Below, in pieces: positions 53,822-63,375 of a stretch of DNA of 64,000 nucleotides. The stretch spans positions 2,207,223 through 2,271,222 of the forward strand of contig OZ252223.1 of the NCBI GenBank assembly GCA_965249145.1. Reading direction: 5' to 3'. Made by a program: the position numbers and the translations under genes. The stretch is from Dehalococcoidia bacterium (GTDB lineage: Bacteria; Chloroflexota; Dehalococcoidia; Lucifugimonadales; UBA3495). Every line of letters starts with the position of its first letter. Within the stretch, counting starts at the first letter, position 1. The notes under the pieces were generated by a model. The model was not told where the DNA came from and searched no databases. It saw nothing but the letters and a program-made list of their open reading frames with translations.

Positions 53822-54280
53822 ATGACACAGCTGCCCGGTCCCGCCTTCGACGGGCTCTATGGCGACCTGATCCTGGAGCACTTCCGCCACCCGCGAAATC
53901 GCCAACCCGTCGGTATCGCTCATATCGAGGCCCACGAGTTGAACCCGTTCTGCGGCGATAAGGTCGATCTGGAAATCCAGCTCGACGGCGAAGGACGCGT
54001 CGCTGGCGTCTACGCCCTTTCCGAAGGCTGCTCCGTCATCCAAGCGTCCACGTCGATGATGTCCGACGCGCTTCGAGGCCGGTCGCTGACGGACATCGAC
54101 GATCTCGGCCGACGCTTCCACACCATGATGCGGGCCAAGCCGGAGATGCCCCCGGATGGGTTCGGGGACCTCGACGCCCTTGCCGTGGTCCGCGATTATC
54201 CCGTCCGCATCAAGTGCGCCCTGTTGCCTTGGACCGCCTTGGAGATCGGCATAAGCGACTACCGTGCCGGTTTGGGCTGA
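53822..54280 (+). CDS. sufU: SufU-type sulfur acceptor (copy 2, divergent)
   Basis: NPFCGD, GCSVIQASTS, RIKCALLPW. Confidence 0.88.
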   Translation: MTQLPGPAFDGLYGDLILEHFRHPRNRQPVGIAHIEAHELNPFCGDKVDLEIQLDGEGRVAGVYALSEGCSVIQASTSMMSDALRGRSLTDIDDLGRRFHTMMRAKPEMPPDGFGDLDALAVVRDYPVRIKCALLPWTALEIGISDYRAGLG

Positions 54281-54284
54281 AGGC

Positions 54285-55949
54285 TTATTCCTGTAGCGTA
54301 ACGGCCACGGTGAACAGGGCGATGTCCTCGGTGGCCGAGGCCGCCATCAGGAACGCCTCGAATGGCTCGAGGAACGGTTGGACGTCTTCTTCGTAATCAG
54401 CGCGGTCTCCCTCGTCCATTCCGTCTTCGACCATGTCCAACACGCCCTGGAAGTCTACATACATTAGGAACTGGAGGGGGACCGGGGCGAGGTCGAGGAT
54501 ACGGGAGAATCTCGCAGCTGAACTCAACCGGTCGATATCGCCGGATGCCGCGTCGTAGAAAACCTCCAGGCTGTCAATCGTGCTGCCGATCACCGCCCAG
54601 TCTTCGGTCACCACATAGCCGGGCGTGTAGCCGGTGGGGGTGTCGGTCAACTCGTCCAGAACGGCGAGCGTCGCTGTATATTCGCCCAAAAGTTCGGTAT
54701 CGAACTCGGCGCCGGCGTCTTCGAGTGCTTCAACGGCCTCCTTGATGGCCTCTTCGATAGTCGCCAAGTCGCCTGGGCCAGCCATCAGCAGCAACTCGAT
54801 GGCCGAACCAGCGAAGGCCGATTCGTCGAGGTCCCCATTCGAGAACAAGCCCGTCTCGACATCACTGCGCAACAATGCGAAGGCGATTTCGCCGGAGAGG
54901 GCGTCGAAAACTTCGTCCAGGTCAACGCCTGATTCATCCTCGATCTCCTCCAGGAAATCATTCATGTCTTCCTCGTAGAATAGACCCAGTTCATCCAAGG
55001 AATCCCGGAATCCGTCCCATTGTGCATCCAAGCCAACGGTGGACACCAGGACAACCGTGTCCTCCGGGAGAGAATCCGGGGATTTCAGTAAGTTTTCGGT
55101 ATCGACCACGAAATCGTCCGAGGAGGCGCCGAAGGCCATATCGAAACGGAACCCCTTTTCGACGAAGGAAGCTGAAGCGGCCATAAACTCGGGAGTGGCC
55201 TCTCCGAATTGTTCGAACACGTCAAATCCACCAAGGGGGTCAGCTAAGCCTCCGAACGCCTCAACCAGTTCCTCGGTCTGAGCGAACATGAACATGATGC
55301 GTTGGTCGGGCAGTGCCTCGCGGGCACTCATGAAGTTCGGGTCCTCAGCCAAGGACCTGGATGGAGAAGAGGCGATATTGTCTGCCATGTCCCGGACCGT
55401 GTCTTCACTGTCCGCGACGAACACGTACTCTCCGGCGATCCCAATAGCAACGGGCGTGTCCTCGGCCACCCAGAGTTCGACGTCTCCGCGGTCCTTCCGG
55501 TCGAATTCTACGGACTCCGAATTTTCAAAGTAGGAGACAATGTCCTCGATGAAGTCGCGGGCGGAGTCCGGGTCTCCGGTCTGCGCAAAGAGCACCCACT
55601 CAACGACGTCCGGTCCGGCATCCAAGGCCACGAAGGTGACGTCAGTTCCCACCCAACTCAGGTCCTCTTCCAAGTCGATGCCGGTCTCGTCTTCCAGCTC
55701 TTCCAACCAATCATCGCCTTGGTCCCTGAATTCGGTCCCGTCGAGGATTTCGGCGATCTTGCGAGCGTGGTTAATCTGGCTGCCGCCAGGGCGGAGGTTG
55801 ATCGAGGCGTCGGAAGGGACAAATTTGGCGGTCGCTTCCCCGGGCTGGCTCAGCCGGAGTAGCAGAATAACTACCAACACCACGACGACGATAACGATGA
55901 TACCGACTGCTGACCCACCGCCGATGAGGATCTTGCGTCTTCCGGTCAT
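54285..55949 (-). CDS. Membrane-anchored, highly acidic protein (DUF3352-like)
   Basis: N-terminal TM, ATAKFVP, internal two-fold repeat (EDETGIDLEEDL / EDESGVDLDEVF), LAEDPNF. Confidence 0.65.
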   Translation of the reverse strand: MTGRRKILIGGGSAVGIIVIVVVVLVVILLLRLSQPGEATAKFVPSDASINLRPGGSQINHARKIAEILDGTEFRDQGDDWLEELEDETGIDLEEDLSWVGTDVTFVALDAGPDVVEWVLFAQTGDPDSARDFIEDIVSYFENSESVEFDRKDRGDVELWVAEDTPVAIGIAGEYVFVADSEDTVRDMADNIASSPSRSLAEDPNFMSAREALPDQRIMFMFAQTEELVEAFGGLADPLGGFDVFEQFGEATPEFMAASASFVEKGFRFDMAFGASSDDFVVDTENLLKSPDSLPEDTVVLVSTVGLDAQWDGFRDSLDELGLFYEEDMNDFLEEIEDESGVDLDEVFDALSGEIAFALLRSDVETGLFSNGDLDESAFAGSAIELLLMAGPGDLATIEEAIKEAVEALEDAGAEFDTELLGEYTATLAVLDELTDTPTGYTPGYVVTEDWAVIGSTIDSLEVFYDAASGDIDRLSSAARFSRILDLAPVPLQFLMYVDFQGVLDMVEDGMDEGDRADYEEDVQPFLEPFEAFLMAASATEDIALFTVAVTLQE

Positions 55950-55980
55950 AACGGCCCCCCCAACCGTGGTTCAAATAGCC

Positions 55981-57348
55981 TTATCGCGTGAAAGCTGGAT
56001 GGTAGGCGGCAATCCATCCCAACTCTACCTGGGTCTCCATCGAGACCGAGGACGGTGGCCGGCCACCGATGGGCGCTGCACCGATGATTTCCTGGTCGGC
56101 CAGGGCCTCGAGCTGGCCGGAGGACAGGCCCAGAATGTCGCGAAGGGCATATTCGTTGGCCTCGCCGAGCAGAGGGGCAGGGCCCCGGACTGCCGCATCG
56201 CTGTCCGAGAATTTCCAACCTCTCCCGATGTACTCTTTCGTGCCCAGGCCAGTTTCGGCGGGGTGATCGACCCTCTCGAAAAACCCGCGGTGGCCGAAGT
56301 GCGGGTCGCGCAGCGCTTGCCCGGCGGTCAGCACCGGCCCGGCGGGAACCCCGGCCTGTTGTAGGGTTTCCATCACTTCGTACGAATTCCGTTCCCGCGT
56401 CCAGCCAGCGACCATCTCGTCCAATTCGTCCTGGTGGGCCAGGCGCTGCGGCGCGGTTGCGAACCGGGTGTCGGCGGCCAGGTCCGGTGATCCGATGGCG
56501 CCGCAGAAGGCTTGCCAATCGGTGTCGTTACGCACCGCCACGGTTACCCATTGGTCTTCGCCCTGGCAGGGATAGCAGCCGTGGGGGGCCATCGACGTGT
56601 GCCGGTTGCCGATGCGCCGGTTCCGCTGGCCGTTGAACGAATAAGCCAGCAACCCCTCGCCGATGAAAGAAGCGCCGGCCTGGTACATGGCTAGGTCGAT
56701 CCAGGCGCCCCGTCCGGTCCTAGCCCGATGGAGGAGCGCCGCCATAACCGATACCAACGCGGTCCAGGTGGCCAGAAAGTCGGTGTATGAGTTGCCTACC
56801 TTGTTGGGAACGGCGCCGGGTTGCAACCGGCCGGAGTCGCCTTCGTCCAGGTAGCCCATGAACGCCCCGGTGCCGTGGGTCGGCTCCAAGGCTGAAGCCA
56901 TAGCGCCGAAGTCTCTCCACGGACCGGAGTGGCCGTAGCCAGTGTTGGACACCATGATCAGGTCCGGATTGACTGCCCGGAGCGACGCGTAGTCCAGCCC
57001 GAAGCGGGCCATGACTCGGGGCGTAAAGTTTTCCAGCACGATGTCGCTGACTGAGACTAGGTCCTTCAGGATGGCTTGGGCTTCTTCCGAGCGCAGGTCC
57101 AGGGTGAGACTGCGCTTGCCCCGGTTCAGGGTCTGGAATGTGCCGCCCTGCTCCCACCAGAGCTCCCCCGCTTGGTTGTCTGGCATGGGGCCCGTGATGG
57201 TGCGAGTGGTTTCCATGAACTGGGCTTGGCAGGTGTCGATCTTGATGACCTCGGCCCCAAGATCGGCCAGCTGGGCCCCGGCAAAAGGCATGGCGAACAC
57301 CCGGCTGAGGTCAACGACCCGGATGTTCTGCAGCGGCGGCGAGCTCAT
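55981..57348 (-). CDS. Class III (CaiB/BaiF) CoA-transferase
   Basis: LADLGAEVIKI, NRGKRSLTLDL, ENFTP, SYTD, APLLGE. Confidence 0.93.
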   Translation of the reverse strand: MSSPPLQNIRVVDLSRVFAMPFAGAQLADLGAEVIKIDTCQAQFMETTRTITGPMPDNQAGELWWEQGGTFQTLNRGKRSLTLDLRSEEAQAILKDLVSVSDIVLENFTPRVMARFGLDYASLRAVNPDLIMVSNTGYGHSGPWRDFGAMASALEPTHGTGAFMGYLDEGDSGRLQPGAVPNKVGNSYTDFLATWTALVSVMAALLHRARTGRGAWIDLAMYQAGASFIGEGLLAYSFNGQRNRRIGNRHTSMAPHGCYPCQGEDQWVTVAVRNDTDWQAFCGAIGSPDLAADTRFATAPQRLAHQDELDEMVAGWTRERNSYEVMETLQQAGVPAGPVLTAGQALRDPHFGHRGFFERVDHPAETGLGTKEYIGRGWKFSDSDAAVRGPAPLLGEANEYALRDILGLSSGQLEALADQEIIGAAPIGGRPPSSVSMETQVELGWIAAYHPAFTR

Positions 57349-58529
57349 ATTACCCCCGCGTAGCGAAGAGCAGCCAACTTGAGACCGTCGAGGCCAAGCT
57401 CTTCGCCGTAGATATCGGCGTTGTGCTGCCCGAGCAACGGGGCCGGAGACGGGACGTAATCGGCGCGCTCGGCAATGGCCGCTCCCATGCCAGGGTAGGC
57501 AGCAGTCCCAGCCACTGGGTGGTCAACGTCATGGTAGAAGCCTCGTGCCGCCAGGTGGGGGCAGGCGACCAGGTCGCCCGCATCTTGGGCCATGCCGAAG
57601 ACTAGGCGGCGCTCTCCCGAGGCGATGAACAGCGGAAGGCGGTCCCACTGGGCCAGACCCTCAATCAGCAGGGCCTTCAGCTCCTCGCCGTTGGCGATGC
57701 GGCCCGCGCCCGAGGCAAACCGAGGGTCCTGCAGGCCCTCCGAGCCGATGAGTCCGGCAACCGTCTCCCAGGGTTGCGACCCTTGCACCGAGGGGACGAC
57801 GTAGCCGTCGCGGGCGGGCATGAGTTCCTCGAAACCGCTGCCGCGCACCGGGCGGCGGCCCTTGGTAGCGCCCATGAAGTTGTAGTATGGAACGGGCTGG
57901 ACCAAGTGGGTTGCCAAGCACTCGGAGACCGAAATGTCGACGTGCTGGCCCTGACCGGAGGTGAGCCGGGCGAATACCGCCACCAGAGTGGCGGCGGCGG
58001 CGCTCGCTCCGGCAACGTAGAGCGATTGGTCGAGGGCGTTGCGCAGGGGCTCCCGGTCGGAGTCGCCAGAGTGGTACATCAGCCCGCTCATGGCACAGGT
58101 GATGATGTCGGTGGCCTGGAAGTCACGGTAGGGCCCGATCTGTCCGAAGGGGGTGACCGAAGTGACTACTAGCTGGGGGTGGGATTTGGCCAGCGTCTTG
58201 TAACTCAGTGCCGAGTTTTCGGACTCGGAGGGCGGATAGCCTTCGACCACCATGTCGGCGTCGTCGAGGAGTCTGCTCAGGATGGCGCGACCTGAATCGC
58301 TGGAGTAGTCGAGGGTGACACCGCGTTTGCCGGTGTTCAGGTAGAGGAAAGGTACACTCTTCTCGGCGTGAGGGTCGTCGCCGACGAAGGGCCCCATGCG
58401 GCGCGCTGGGTCGCCAAGGCCGGGCGGCTCGACCTTGATGACGTCGGCCCCATAATCGGCCAACATTTTGGCGCAGAAGGACGGGGCAATGCCGGGCCCG
58501 AGGTCCAGAACGCGGAGACCGTGCAGCAA
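57345..58529 (-). CDS. Class III CoA-transferase, second subunit/paralog
   Basis: LADYGADVIKVEPP, NTGKRGVTLD, TPFGQIGPY, APLLGQHN. Confidence 0.92.
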   Translation of the reverse strand: MLHGLRVLDLGPGIAPSFCAKMLADYGADVIKVEPPGLGDPARRMGPFVGDDPHAEKSVPFLYLNTGKRGVTLDYSSDSGRAILSRLLDDADMVVEGYPPSESENSALSYKTLAKSHPQLVVTSVTPFGQIGPYRDFQATDIITCAMSGLMYHSGDSDREPLRNALDQSLYVAGASAAAATLVAVFARLTSGQGQHVDISVSECLATHLVQPVPYYNFMGATKGRRPVRGSGFEELMPARDGYVVPSVQGSQPWETVAGLIGSEGLQDPRFASGAGRIANGEELKALLIEGLAQWDRLPLFIASGERRLVFGMAQDAGDLVACPHLAARGFYHDVDHPVAGTAAYPGMGAAIAERADYVPSPAPLLGQHNADIYGEELGLDGLKLAALRYAGVI

Positions 58530-59600
58530 CTAGTTCTCTGGGTCCCAGATGAGCGGCAGTTCTTGACCCCGGCGGGGAAGAGCGACGGTGGCGCGGCCTG
58601 ACGCGGTCTGGTAGCCACGGCTGTTGGTGAGGGCGACGCTACAATTCGCGAGGCCGATGCCATGGGCCTCCCGGACTCCGGTGACCGTCCCGCTGGCGGT
58701 GATCACGTCGCCGGGGTAATCCATCCCCCGGTGCTCCACATTGAAGCGCTTGAGCCAGCCGCCCAGGCCTGCGAAGTCGACCAGCAACTGGCCTAGGTAT
58801 TGGTTCTTGAGCGAACCGTTGACCACTACGTTCTCCAACCCTTGCTGCAATTGAGCGAAGGGCAGGTCCCAGTGGATGCGGGCGTAGTTTCCGTTGGCTG
58901 CGGCCCAGCGGACTAGGTGGGTGGTGGTTAGCGGTCCCTTGACCACCGGCGGCAGTTCCATGCCAGCGGCGACGTCCTCGAAGTGAAGCTGCGGCCGGTC
59001 CGACGGCTTGGGGTGGGGCACCTGCTCGTCCGGGCCCGGCGGGGAGATCACGACGTTCTGCAGGTCGGTCGCCACCAGCGCGCCCGACGCGGGTGAGTCA
59101 GCGTCTTGGCTCAGGGCTCGGTGGATGCTGGTGCGCTGAGCCGATACGACCACATGACCGTTTTGGTTGGTTTGGGTCTCTAGGCGGTCGACGAACACCA
59201 GCGGGCCGGAGCGCCCCTGCTTTTGGTAGATGTCTAGGATGCGGAACTGGCGGGTGATCCATTCTCCGACGTAGGGCGGGCGCAGGAATTGCCAGTCGCT
59301 GCCGCCGTTCAGTCCGTAGCTGTTGAAGGGCAGCGGCACCTCGAAGTGGGAATCCTGCCCGGCGCCGAAGTAGCCGATGGGCGGGGCGATGTCCTTCCAG
59401 GTGGCCAGCGGCGGGCAGATCAGGCCGTGAAACCGGCTGGCCTCGGCGGCAACCCCGTCGACGTAGAGGGGGTTTGGGTCCTCCGTGGCGTCGGCCAAGT
59501 CGTAGACCATCTCCTCGCTAATGGGAAAGCGGTTGCGTTCGGGAGGTGTCTCAGACCCGATTAGTGCGCGGACCTCTGGGGTGATCAGGTTATCGGCCAC
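58530..59600 (-). CDS. Double hot-dog (MaoC-like) dehydratase
   Basis: EDPNPLY, NGGSDWQF, GRSGPLVFV in domain 1; RIHWD..FA, YPGD in domain 2. Confidence 0.85.
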   Translation of the reverse strand: MADNLITPEVRALIGSETPPERNRFPISEEMVYDLADATEDPNPLYVDGVAAEASRFHGLICPPLATWKDIAPPIGYFGAGQDSHFEVPLPFNSYGLNGGSDWQFLRPPYVGEWITRQFRILDIYQKQGRSGPLVFVDRLETQTNQNGHVVVSAQRTSIHRALSQDADSPASGALVATDLQNVVISPPGPDEQVPHPKPSDRPQLHFEDVAAGMELPPVVKGPLTTTHLVRWAAANGNYARIHWDLPFAQLQQGLENVVVNGSLKNQYLGQLLVDFAGLGGWLKRFNVEHRGMDYPGDVITASGTVTGVREAHGIGLANCSVALTNSRGYQTASGRATVALPRRGQELPLIWDPEN

Positions 59601-59687
59601 CTTAGTCGTCCTCTCGATACTTGGCTGTGCCCGGCTTTAAAACTAACGCAGTCTAGCATAGTATTGTCGGCAACGAGGAGGACGACG

Positions 59688-60194
59688 TTGACGCTGAACG
59701 AATTTATCGAAGACGCTCTTAATGGTGAGCATGAGTTGCTGATGGACGCCCTTGGCGACCTCACTCCCGAGGAAGCCGTGTGGCGGGCTGGGCCCGAAGC
59801 CAACCCCATTGTTTGGATCCTCTGGCATATGCTCCGGGTGGAGGACATGTGGTTCCAGTTCTTCATCCAGCGCAAGATCGAGCTCTGGGAGCGAGACGGC
59901 TGGAACGAGAAGTTCGGCCTCCCCACCCGCGATAACGGCTTCGGCCACACCCCGGAACAGGTGGCCAACTTCCCGGCACTGGACATGCCGCGACTAATCG
60001 CTTACGGGGAGGCGGTGCGGGCCGAGACTCTGGGGTACCTGCACGGCGTGACCGTTGAGGATATGACGGTGGTGCCTCGAGAGGCGCGTCCGGAAATGTC
60101 GATCGCCGCGATCTTTCGCCAGGTGATCGGCGAAGTCTACCAGCACCAAGGACACATCGCTTACCTGAAGGGTCTGCAACGCGCCGGAGCCTAG
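59688..60194 (+). CDS. DinB family protein
   Basis: NPIVWILWHMLRVED ... QHQGHIAYLKG; SD GAGGAGG before TTG 59688. Confidence 0.85.
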   Translation: MTLNEFIEDALNGEHELLMDALGDLTPEEAVWRAGPEANPIVWILWHMLRVEDMWFQFFIQRKIELWERDGWNEKFGLPTRDNGFGHTPEQVANFPALDMPRLIAYGEAVRAETLGYLHGVTVEDMTVVPREARPEMSIAAIFRQVIGEVYQHQGHIAYLKGLQRAGA

Positions 60195-60309
60195 TCCCGG
60201 CTTGCAAGTCCGAATAGGCCAAACCCCGCAACAGTCCACCTAACGGACCCTGTCCGCAAAGCTTTATACTTTTCATAAAGTTTTGTCGAAAACAAGAGAG
60301 GGGAACGCA

Positions 60310-61998
60310 ATGGGGTCGGGTCGGTTGTGGACGTTATTATCGGTTGCGCTCGGATTGCTATGGATGATGGCCTGCGCCCAAGCCACACCCACCAGCCCTC
60401 CTGCCACTGCGGCTCCGACACCCACCGCCACTCCGCTGCCCACCCCGAGCGCCACACCGGTGGTGCTCCCCGTGCCCCAAGGCCGTGTAGGAGGCACACT
60501 TACGGTTGCTGGGGCTTCTTCCATACCCCACCGCGACGTGCATCAAGCGGTGCAGGAGTCGTTGACCACCCTCGGGCCGGGGCTCGCCTACAGTCGGTTG
60601 CTTCGCTTGCGCTCCGGCGAAGGGCTGGAACAGCCTCACCTCCTCCTGGAATGTGACCTCTGCGAGAGCTGGCGGCTCAACGACGACCTGGTCTACGAGT
60701 TCACGCTAAGGCCGGACATACGTTGGCAGAACGTTGCTCCGGTCCAAGGGCGCAGACTCACCGCCGACGACCTAGCGTTTAGTTACGAAAGGTTGCGGAC
60801 CCCGGGATGGGCCAACGCGCCACTTCTCGCGTCCATCGGCGCCATTCGTTCGGTTGACGACCGGACCTTGGAGGTAGAGCTGGCGGTGGCCGACGCCGAT
60901 GCCATCCTCTCCTTAGCCGACGGCCACGCCAAGGTAGTAGCGCAGGAAGTGGTGGAGCAGTACGGGGATCTGCGGGAAGCGCCAGTCGCGGGTACCGGGC
61001 CCTGGGTCTGGCAAGAGTCGGCCAGCGACGGTGGCTTCCGCTTCCTTCGCAATTCCGACTATTTCGAGCCAGGTCTGCCCTTCCTCGACGAACTCGTAGT
61101 ATTGACCGCGCCGTCAGACCAGTCCGATGGCGCGAGGGCTGCCTATGCCGCCGGCTTGGCCGACGTCATCTCGGCGGGGCCGGGAGATTCCGGTACGTTG
61201 CCCGAGAACGGCCACGCGTTCGAGTCGACGGTATCCAAGGGCTCCGGCGCAGGGCTGCTCTTGGCGCTGAATGCCGGCAGGCCGCCGCTGGACAGCACGC
61301 TGATACGCCGGGCGATTTTTCGGGCGATCGACCCCTGGGACTACCTCGACACCATTTGGGGCGGGGTGAGCACCGCGGAGACCGGCGTCGGGATTCCGGT
61401 GCGTAGCGCGGCTTGGTTATTGGACCGCGAGGAGTTGCGGCGCGACTACTTCGCAGACCCGGTGGCGGCGCGGCAAATCATGGCGGCTACACGCACCACG
61501 CTGCCGGTGAGAATCGAAGTCGCGGTCCAGACCAGTCGAGACGGGAAACCGGGCGTGGCGCTTGAAGAGCGGTTGGTTTCCGACCTGCGTTCGGTCGGAT
61601 TCGAGCCGATATTGCGTCGGATGACCCCCGACCAGTTTCAGCAACACGTGATCGGTCCCGAGAAGGACTTTCAACTAGCCGTCGGCGACGCTCCACCTGC
61701 CCACACCACCAACGGGTTCTTGTTCCCGTTGCTTCATAGCCAGGGCCGATGGAATGTCGCGAGTCTAGAAGACGACAAGCTGGATGGACTGATCGAAGAG
61801 CAGGCCGCCCAGTTCGACAAGGTTGTTCGGCAGGCCCATCTGCTGGAGATTCAGCGGCATATCCTAGAGCGAGCGTACTTGTTCAGCCCGCGCACGGCTT
61901 TGTCGGGCTGGCTGCACACCCGAGACCTGAAGGGGTTCGCGCCCAACGACACCCTGTCTGAATATAACTACTGGTCCCGCACTTGGCTGGAGCGGTAG
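60310..61998 (+). CDS. Family-5 ABC solute-binding lipoprotein
   Basis: Lipobox MMAC, Pro/Thr linker, LTADDLAFSYER, GTGPW, GLPFLD. Confidence 0.88.
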   Translation: MGSGRLWTLLSVALGLLWMMACAQATPTSPPATAAPTPTATPLPTPSATPVVLPVPQGRVGGTLTVAGASSIPHRDVHQAVQESLTTLGPGLAYSRLLRLRSGEGLEQPHLLLECDLCESWRLNDDLVYEFTLRPDIRWQNVAPVQGRRLTADDLAFSYERLRTPGWANAPLLASIGAIRSVDDRTLEVELAVADADAILSLADGHAKVVAQEVVEQYGDLREAPVAGTGPWVWQESASDGGFRFLRNSDYFEPGLPFLDELVVLTAPSDQSDGARAAYAAGLADVISAGPGDSGTLPENGHAFESTVSKGSGAGLLLALNAGRPPLDSTLIRRAIFRAIDPWDYLDTIWGGVSTAETGVGIPVRSAAWLLDREELRRDYFADPVAARQIMAATRTTLPVRIEVAVQTSRDGKPGVALEERLVSDLRSVGFEPILRRMTPDQFQQHVIGPEKDFQLAVGDAPPAHTTNGFLFPLLHSQGRWNVASLEDDKLDGLIEEQAAQFDKVVRQAHLLEIQRHILERAYLFSPRTALSGWLHTRDLKGFAPNDTLSEYNYWSRTWLER

Positions 61999-62001
61999 GG
62001 G

Positions 62002-62778
62002 CTACCGCCCCTGCCACTGGGGCCGCCGCTTTTCGGCGAAGGCGCGTGGACCCTCCTTGGAGTCCTCCGTCGTCAGTAGCTGGTCATACATGTGGTAGGT
62101 GAGGGACGATATGTCCTGGGTGGACATGTTCAGGCCGCGGTAGGCTAGCTCCTTGAAGTACTGTACCGCCAACGGCGCGTTCTCGGCGATGGTCTGCGCC
62201 ATGCCCATCGCCTCCTCCATCAGGTCCTCGGACGGCACCACCTTGTTCACGAACCCGATGTCGTAGGCGCGCTGCGCCGTTATCGGTTGTGCGGTGAACA
62301 CCAGTTCCAGCACCGCGGACAGGGGCACCATCTTCGGCAGGATGGTGCCAAAGGGGGGCAGCAGGCTCCATTTGGACTCGGTGATGGCCAAGCGGGCGTC
62401 TTCTGAAGCAATGCGCAGGTCGCACATCTGGGCAATGGACCAACCGCCGGCATAGGCAGCGCCGTGGACCGCCGCGATCATCGGCTTCCAGGTCTGGGGC
62501 CACATGTAGGGGCGGTCGGGGCTCATGCTATGGGAGGCCCGGGCCTGTATGCCAGCCGCGTTGTCGTCGGCCCGCTCCTTCAGGTCACGGCCCGCGCAGA
62601 AGGCCCGGCCTGCGCCAGCAACGATGGCGACGAAGGCTTCAGGGTCGCCGTCGAACTGAGTGATGGCGTCGGTCAATTCGCCCCGGAGTTGCCGGTTTAT
62701 CGCGTTGAGCGAGTCGGGGCGGTTTAGGGTGATGGTTACAATGTTGCCCTGTTTTTCGTAAAGGACTGTCTCAGCCAA
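62002..62778 (-). CDS. Enoyl-CoA hydratase/isomerase family protein
   Basis: TLNRPDSLNA, AFCAGRDL, KPMIAAVHG, EGPRAFAEKR. Confidence 0.93.
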   Translation of the reverse strand: MAETVLYEKQGNIVTITLNRPDSLNAINRQLRGELTDAITQFDGDPEAFVAIVAGAGRAFCAGRDLKERADDNAAGIQARASHSMSPDRPYMWPQTWKPMIAAVHGAAYAGGWSIAQMCDLRIASEDARLAITESKWSLLPPFGTILPKMVPLSAVLELVFTAQPITAQRAYDIGFVNKVVPSEDLMEEAMGMAQTIAENAPLAVQYFKELAYRGLNMSTQDISSLTYHMYDQLLTTEDSKEGPRAFAEKRRPQWQGR

Positions 62779-62799
62779 GGGTGTTCACTCCTGTGCGGT

Positions 62800-63135
62800 T
62801 TAGGCGTAGTGACCCAGGAAGGCGCCGCCGATGACGTGCAGGTGGCCGTGGCTCTGGCTCTGCAGCCCGTCATGTCCAAAGTTGGAAAGGATGCGGAAGC
62901 CGCCGGGCGAGTACATCGCGCCCATGTCCACGGCTACCGTGCCCAGCCGCTGCATCAGTCCGCTGCTCCACATCTCGATCTGGGAGAGGTGCTCTTTGGG
63001 CATCACCAGCAGCATCACCGGCACCCAAGTTAGCAGGTTTACAATTACGATGAGATCGTTGTCCAAATAGCGGACCCGGGCCGGGGACTCTCCGGCGACG
63101 ATCTTGCAGAACACGCAGTTGGGTTCGGTATTCAT
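62800..63135 (-). CDS. HIT family protein
   Basis: CVFCKI and HGHLHVIGG histidine triad. Confidence 0.9.
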   Translation of the reverse strand: MNTEPNCVFCKIVAGESPARVRYLDNDLIVIVNLLTWVPVMLLVMPKEHLSQIEMWSSGLMQRLGTVAVDMGAMYSPGGFRILSNFGHDGLQSQSHGHLHVIGGAFLGHYA

Positions 63136-63159
63136 TCGGCTTCGGGCGGCACCGCAAGG

Positions 63160-63187
63160 GTAGAGGCGCTTCGCGAAGCGCTCCTAC
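63160..63187. repeat. GTAG-tagged REP (family C), copy 2
   Basis: GTAGAGGCGCTTCGCGAAGCGCTCCTAC hairpin with the same TTCGCG core as 18050. Confidence 0.75.
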
Positions 63188-63262
63188 GAGCAGCGGGGGC
63201 AGCGATGGATTAATCGCCGACAATTTCGGCGGCGGAACATGGGCATGGCGATACGCATCGTG

Positions 63263-63291
63263 ACTATAGTGGGGGCAGAAATCGTTGTCAA
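63263..63291 (-). promoter_or_regulatory. Sigma70-type promoter upstream of HIT-ECH genes
   Basis: Minus strand TTGACA-17 nt-TATAGT. Confidence 0.7.
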
Positions 63292-63375
63292 CGCGCCCAT
63301 GGCCTACCCCTCTAACTTGGTCTTGGCAGAGACGGCGGCTACGCATGGTCCGCGAGACTCACCCGGAGTACCGGT

